From positions 1 to 10,716 of the forward strand of contig JBEKHN010000031.1 in assembly GCA_050012255.1 (NCBI GenBank): a stretch of 10,716 nt of DNA. Reading direction: 5' to 3'. This DNA comes from Candidatus Bathyarchaeia archaeon (GTDB lineage: Archaea > Thermoproteota > Bathyarchaeia > Bathyarchaeales > Bathycorpusculaceae). A model generated the notes under the pieces. It was not told the DNA's origin, made no database searches, and worked only from the letters and a program-made list of their open reading frames with translations. Every line of letters starts with the position of its first letter. Positions within the stretch are counted from its first letter, which is position 1. Made by a program: the position numbers and the translations under genes. Below are positions 8,201-10,716 of the stretch, piece by piece.

Positions 8201-8790
8201 TTTTCGGAGTTGTTTACTGAGCGGGCAATGTACTGCAGAAGCGCCAAAGAGGCGGAGTCTGCCCAGTGAATATCCTCCAAAAACAATATGATAGGCTCCT
8301 GAGCGGATATTAAATGTAGGGATCTTGCTACGGCGGCGAACGCATGGTCTTTCCAAACTTGGGGCGAAAGTAATTGGGGCTGTCCCAGTTTTGTGGCTGC
8401 TCCAGGCCCAGTCAGCAGCGTCGAAATATCCTGGTTTTCGCTTCCGATCTGTGCCACTTCCCCTAAGCCGATCCGGGCTCCGGGTTGCTGGAAGCTGACG
8501 GACTCTTCTTCTTCGATGACGGATGCTGAGTAAGTGTTGAAGGCTTCTATAAATGGGAAGTAGGGGACTGCTGCGTCGCTGAGACACCATCCAGCCATGA
8601 CTGCGATGCCTTTTTTCTTGGCGGCGTTTAGGAATTCTCGGGTGAGTCTTGTTTTTCCGCTTCCCGCTTCGCCTGATATGAAAACAGTTGTGCCTTCGCC
8701 CCGAACAGCTGAATCGAAGCAGCGCTGCAGTTCCTCAAGTTCACGTTCTCTGCCTACCAGGACGGGTTCAGATAGGATCGCTTGTTTCAT
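5260..8790 (-). CDS. STAND (AAA_16-like) NTPase - winged helix - TPR - Ig-like - inactive KaiC/RAD55-like protein, paralogue A (1176 aa)
   Basis: Motifs: LVGRE, Walker A GEAGSGKT (8650-8673), Walker B LFLEDIHWAD, GNPLFV, YRFDH. TPR-like repeats ~6310-7530; beta-rich domain ~5940-6305; KaiC-like SGFDELDDLLGGGIP start at ~5913. AGGA upstream of the ATG. Confidence 0.94.
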   Translation of the reverse strand: MKQAILSEPVLVGRERELEELQRCFDSAVRGEGTTVFISGEAGSGKTRLTREFLNAAKKKGIAVMAGWCLSDAAVPYFPFIEAFNTYSASVIEEEESVSFQQPGARIGLGEVAQIGSENQDISTLLTGPGAATKLGQPQLLSPQVWKDHAFAAVARSLHLISAQEPIILFLEDIHWADSASLALLQYIARSVNNSEKILVLATFRSEALTSDAEGHPHPLAEALRAMGREDLYTEIKLPNLNHTDVEKIAENMIGGNLQPNLAEKLIAESQGNPLFVVESLRMLFERKSLIQENNEWRITVDELGIPTKIKDIILRRLAILKRPQTRVLEAASVIGEKFDLDLLSVVLNQDRLDVLETLTVIAQTTSIVRVEGDCYRFDHAKSREALYEELPLPLKKGYHARIAEKLENMGKNSNLPLSDLAYHFTQAGNKEKAMEYSLAAGQDTLAKYSNQEAIKHFNYVLQNISETAENTNARMIAKEGLGDAFYANSMYVEAGKIFESLAKSETGKVRLRAYRKALDATIFAVAASHAIELAKEAEKYAGSDRLESARVLLFKAKAENASGEFKTSSKTSEEALRVFEEEYSLEDAARVFFHISYVYSNTAGLQEKAVSSILRSVALYQELEDFPGQIEALMMKGYVFSVCGLFEESNSTNLNLIKVLEKIGGQPRHKAVATFTVGLDFERRELFSDAISHSLKAIECYDKSNVTNYSALVRQYVRLGDVEHAEEYYAKLMNFPPEILSTPILGIAFFVALSGAVFFAAKSQWIEADQRFKKAFEELSRNGQPIGFEVLLRNHWSWALERQGLFEEVRVQLEEVQKLYRDVEERFAHVNLKASLMVRREVRVGEEFEMRLDFVNASRKLGLLVRAEGVVPSEGFKVISMSPWCALQNCSIEMKNREIGAFQVETAKLTLQALKTGTFALNPKVSHIDELGESKTCELDSITVTVKPAQPIVHVLPGRVSSGFDELDDLLGGGIPENYSVILAAPSSDERNLLIKRFIEAGRETCETTFYITTEAGNTKALAEKCQANFHLFVCNPRADTMMQSLPNVIKLKGVENLTEIDIALVKTLRTLNHAAAGQKRACIEIISDVLLQHHAVITRKWLSALLPDLKAKGFTTLAVIDPGMHPSEETQTILGLFDGEIRIAEKEGEKGLVRTLKILKLINQNYLKEELILK
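5641..5687. repeat. 47-bp perfect direct repeat, copy 2 (copy 1 at 2008-2054)
   Basis: Identical to 2008-2054, offset 3633 bp. Confidence 0.9.
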
Positions 8791-8969
8791 AATTTCCTAC
8801 TTCTGCCATTCAGGTTAACATCAAAGTTACTCTAGTGTTGACGCTTCTGGGTATTTTAAACTTGAGAATAAACACCAGAATCAAGCACCAATTTTGGTAA
8901 AGAGTTTTAACAAATATCAAACAAAATAAATATAATTTAATATACTAGTTGCATAAATAACAGAAAAAC
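8791..8969. promoter_or_regulatory. Divergent promoter region (STAND paralogue A / MFS)
   Basis: AT-rich 179 bp. Minus-strand TTTAAAAT at 8853-8860. Plus-strand TTTAATAT at 8936-8943 lies 26 bp before the MFS ATG with no RBS, consistent with a leaderless mRNA. Confidence 0.55.
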
Positions 8970-10193
8970 ATGAGCGCCCCACAGCCTGCCGTCAAGAAAA
9001 GTCTTAGAAGCCAATTGTTCCTGCCAGCCTTGATCTTAGGCAGTTTCTTAACATTTACATTCGCAGTTTTCTATTACAATGCTCTGGTAGACGTAGCTTC
9101 CACGCTAAAAGTCACTGTGGGAACCGCAAGCCAGATTCCAACGGTTAGCAGTTATATGGGTCTTATCGTAGGTTTAGCCATGGGCTTTTTGGCCGTCAAA
9201 TACAAGCATAAATCATTGTTCCTGTTTGGAACGGCATTTTACGCCGTCGGAGCTCTGGGCTGCTTCTTCGCCGCAGATTTTGCCTCTATGCTCTTCTTCA
9301 ATATTTTCATTGGAATGGGCAGCACAATGATTGCCATTATGGTTTTCGCCTTAATCGGAGATTTCTTTTTTTTGCAAAAAAAGGGTTTAGCAATTGGGCT
9401 AGCAACAGCTGCAGGTGGTGGTCTTGCGAACTTGATTATGCCTCAATTGACGAGTGTGATCACGGACGCCGCGGGATGGCGCGCCGTGCTCTTGTGGGTT
9501 ATTTTTCCAATCTCAATAGCATGTTTGCTTCTAGGCTTTTTCATCCTTCCTTCGAAACCGCGGCAGTTGCAGGCTGCAAACAAGCCTCAATACGTGCAGG
9601 CTTTTAAACAAGTCTTGATAAACAAATCCGCAGTTGCATGCGTGGTCGGAACGGCGCTCATGTGGGTCTCATTCCTGGTGCCCGTGTATGCAGTGACGTT
9701 TTTCAGGTTGCATTTTCATGAGTCTTTGAGTACGGGCGCGATCTTCTATTCGGCCGCTTCAGCAATGCTGATTTTAGGAGACATAGTTGGGGGACGATTG
9801 ATTAACCGAATCGGGAGGAAACCTCTCACAGTTGTGGCAGGTGTGATCCAGGGAATATTCGCGATCTTGATCGTTTTTGTTCCCAATGCAGGGATATCTG
9901 TAGTAATGTGGATGGTATCAGCAGCTTTTGGTGGTATAATGGTAACGGCTCTTATCGGTTTGGTTCTTGAGCAAGTTCCAGGTTTTCGAGGCACGATGGT
10001 GTCTCTAAATGCTTCGTTTCGGTACATTGGCCTAATTGTGGGATTGAGCATAAGCGGTTTGTTGCTAAACCTTTACGCTAACAACTTTCAAATCCTATAT
10101 GCAATGTTTGGGGTTTGCGGCGTAGCCTCAGCTGCCGTTGTGTTCTTTTTTGCAAAAGATCCTTGCAAAAACCAATTGCCTCCAACTGCCTGA
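8970..10193 (+). CDS. MFS transporter (DHA1/AraJ-like efflux permease), 407 aa
   Basis: About 12 hydrophobic segments in two halves; motif A-like GGRLINRIGRK in the second half; GWRAV after TM5; FRGTMVSLN before TM11. Substrate unknown. Confidence 0.93.
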   Translation: MSAPQPAVKKSLRSQLFLPALILGSFLTFTFAVFYYNALVDVASTLKVTVGTASQIPTVSSYMGLIVGLAMGFLAVKYKHKSLFLFGTAFYAVGALGCFFAADFASMLFFNIFIGMGSTMIAIMVFALIGDFFFLQKKGLAIGLATAAGGGLANLIMPQLTSVITDAAGWRAVLLWVIFPISIACLLLGFFILPSKPRQLQAANKPQYVQAFKQVLINKSAVACVVGTALMWVSFLVPVYAVTFFRLHFHESLSTGAIFYSAASAMLILGDIVGGRLINRIGRKPLTVVAGVIQGIFAILIVFVPNAGISVVMWMVSAAFGGIMVTALIGLVLEQVPGFRGTMVSLNASFRYIGLIVGLSISGLLLNLYANNFQILYAMFGVCGVASAAVVFFFAKDPCKNQLPPTA

Positions 10194-10215
10194 TTGAAGA
10201 CTAACCTAATCTTAA

Positions 10216-10416
10216 CTTAATCTTGAACGCGCCAAAGGTGATTTTTCCTCGGCGATAAAATGTTACTTGGAAGCGCTAGAATTCAGACCAGATTATGCAG
10301 AAGCTTGCGAATGTATAGCAGAACAGTATCAGATAATTGGTCAACAAGAAAAAGCTGAAGAATGGTTCAATAAAGCTCAAGAGATTAAGTTTTCACAAGC
10401 GAAGATTTCGTCATAA
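10216..10416 (+). pseudogene. TPR protein remnant (66 codons, no start at its 5' end)
   Basis: Not in the ORF track. LNLERAKGDFSSAIKCYLEALEFRPDYAEACECIAEQYQIIGQQEKAEEWFNKAQEIKFSQAKISS* fits the TPR consensus (G.F..AI..Y..AL...P.YA.A....A..Y...G....A...F.KA). Bounded upstream by in-frame TAA at 10213-10215. Confidence 0.75.
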
Positions 10417-10619
10417 ATATATCTGTGTTGCTTTTGAAAAACAAATTTGGTTTTGCAGAAAACCTGAAAACAAAAGATCGTATCTTTTCCAAAGAATAAT
10501 TTGCAAGGCGATTTAAGGCTTGACAATACCTTGTTTGGCTTTTGTCGCCATCTTCTCCTAAATACGTAATCGTTAAGTCGAAGGAAAAAAGGGTGATTTG
10601 GAAGTTTACTCTCGAATTA

Positions 10620-10716
10620 TTACTCAAATTGGGCTTCCAGAGTTATGAGAGACTCAGTATTCGCTACGCCCTTAATGCTATGTATCCGTGCGATTACCCA
10701 CGACAATCTGTTAGTC
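10620..10716 (-). CDS. Lrp/AsnC family ligand-binding (RAM) domain protein, 3' end (partial)
   Basis: Not in the ORF track. The minus frame from 10715 reads TNRLSWVIARIHSIKGVANTESLITLEAQFE* followed by a second TAA. I..I.GV..T..LI is the characteristic C-terminus of Lrp/AsnC domains. Confidence 0.75.
   Translation of the reverse strand, partial: TNRLSWVIARIHSIKGVANTESLITLEAQFE

Noticed and set aside
1603-8790. Diversity-generating retroelement or circadian kaiC explanation
   Set aside because: No reverse transcriptase or adenine-specific template/variable repeat pair was seen. The KaiC-like domain is single and degenerate, with no kaiB in the window.
2411-8818. Short ORFs nested in the two large genes (2411, 2908, 3321, 4118, 4233, 5141, 5297, 5960, 6779, 6888, 7850, 8156, 8597)
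   Set aside because: Antisense or alternative-frame shadows without recognisable motifs. Their mutual similarity simply reflects the paralogy of the host genes.
9746-10051. 101-aa minus-strand ORF
   Set aside because: Antisense shadow of the MFS gene.
10385-10716. 80-aa minus ORF (10385-10627) and an open plus frame from 10524 to the edge
   Set aside because: No recognisable motifs. Both overlap better-supported features (the TPR remnant and/or the Lrp/AsnC 3' end).
1-10716. CRISPR array, IS/transposase or integrase gene
   Set aside because: No regularly spaced repeats and no transposase or integrase motifs were seen in this window.

Overview
Archaeal-looking window. The evidence is GGTGA/GTGAT ribosome-binding sites, TATA/BRE-like promoters and an archaeal-type tRNA 3' end; the gene families suggest Ca. 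Bathyarchaeia, which is inference only. The core is a tandem pair of ~1,180-aa paralogues on the minus strand with the architecture STAND/AAA_16 NTPase - winged helix - TPR array - Ig-like domain - KaiC/RAD55-like domain. Neither has an N-terminal effector. The KaiC-like domain has lost Walker A, Walker B and the Arg finger yet is strongly conserved, while the TPR sensor is highly diverged, so these resemble an NLR-like receptor pair wired to a pseudo-ATPase. Left of the pair are a partial zinc-ribbon/Pro-rich/PH-like gene, a 66-aa desulforedoxin-like 7-Cys protein with a Lys/Ala tail, an isolated tRNA 3' half (probable att scar) and a start-less gene remnant. Right of the pair are a divergent MFS transporter, a start-less TPR remnant and the 3' end of an Lrp/AsnC gene. 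Several of these are absent from the supplied ORF track. All identities are hand counts; no searches were run.
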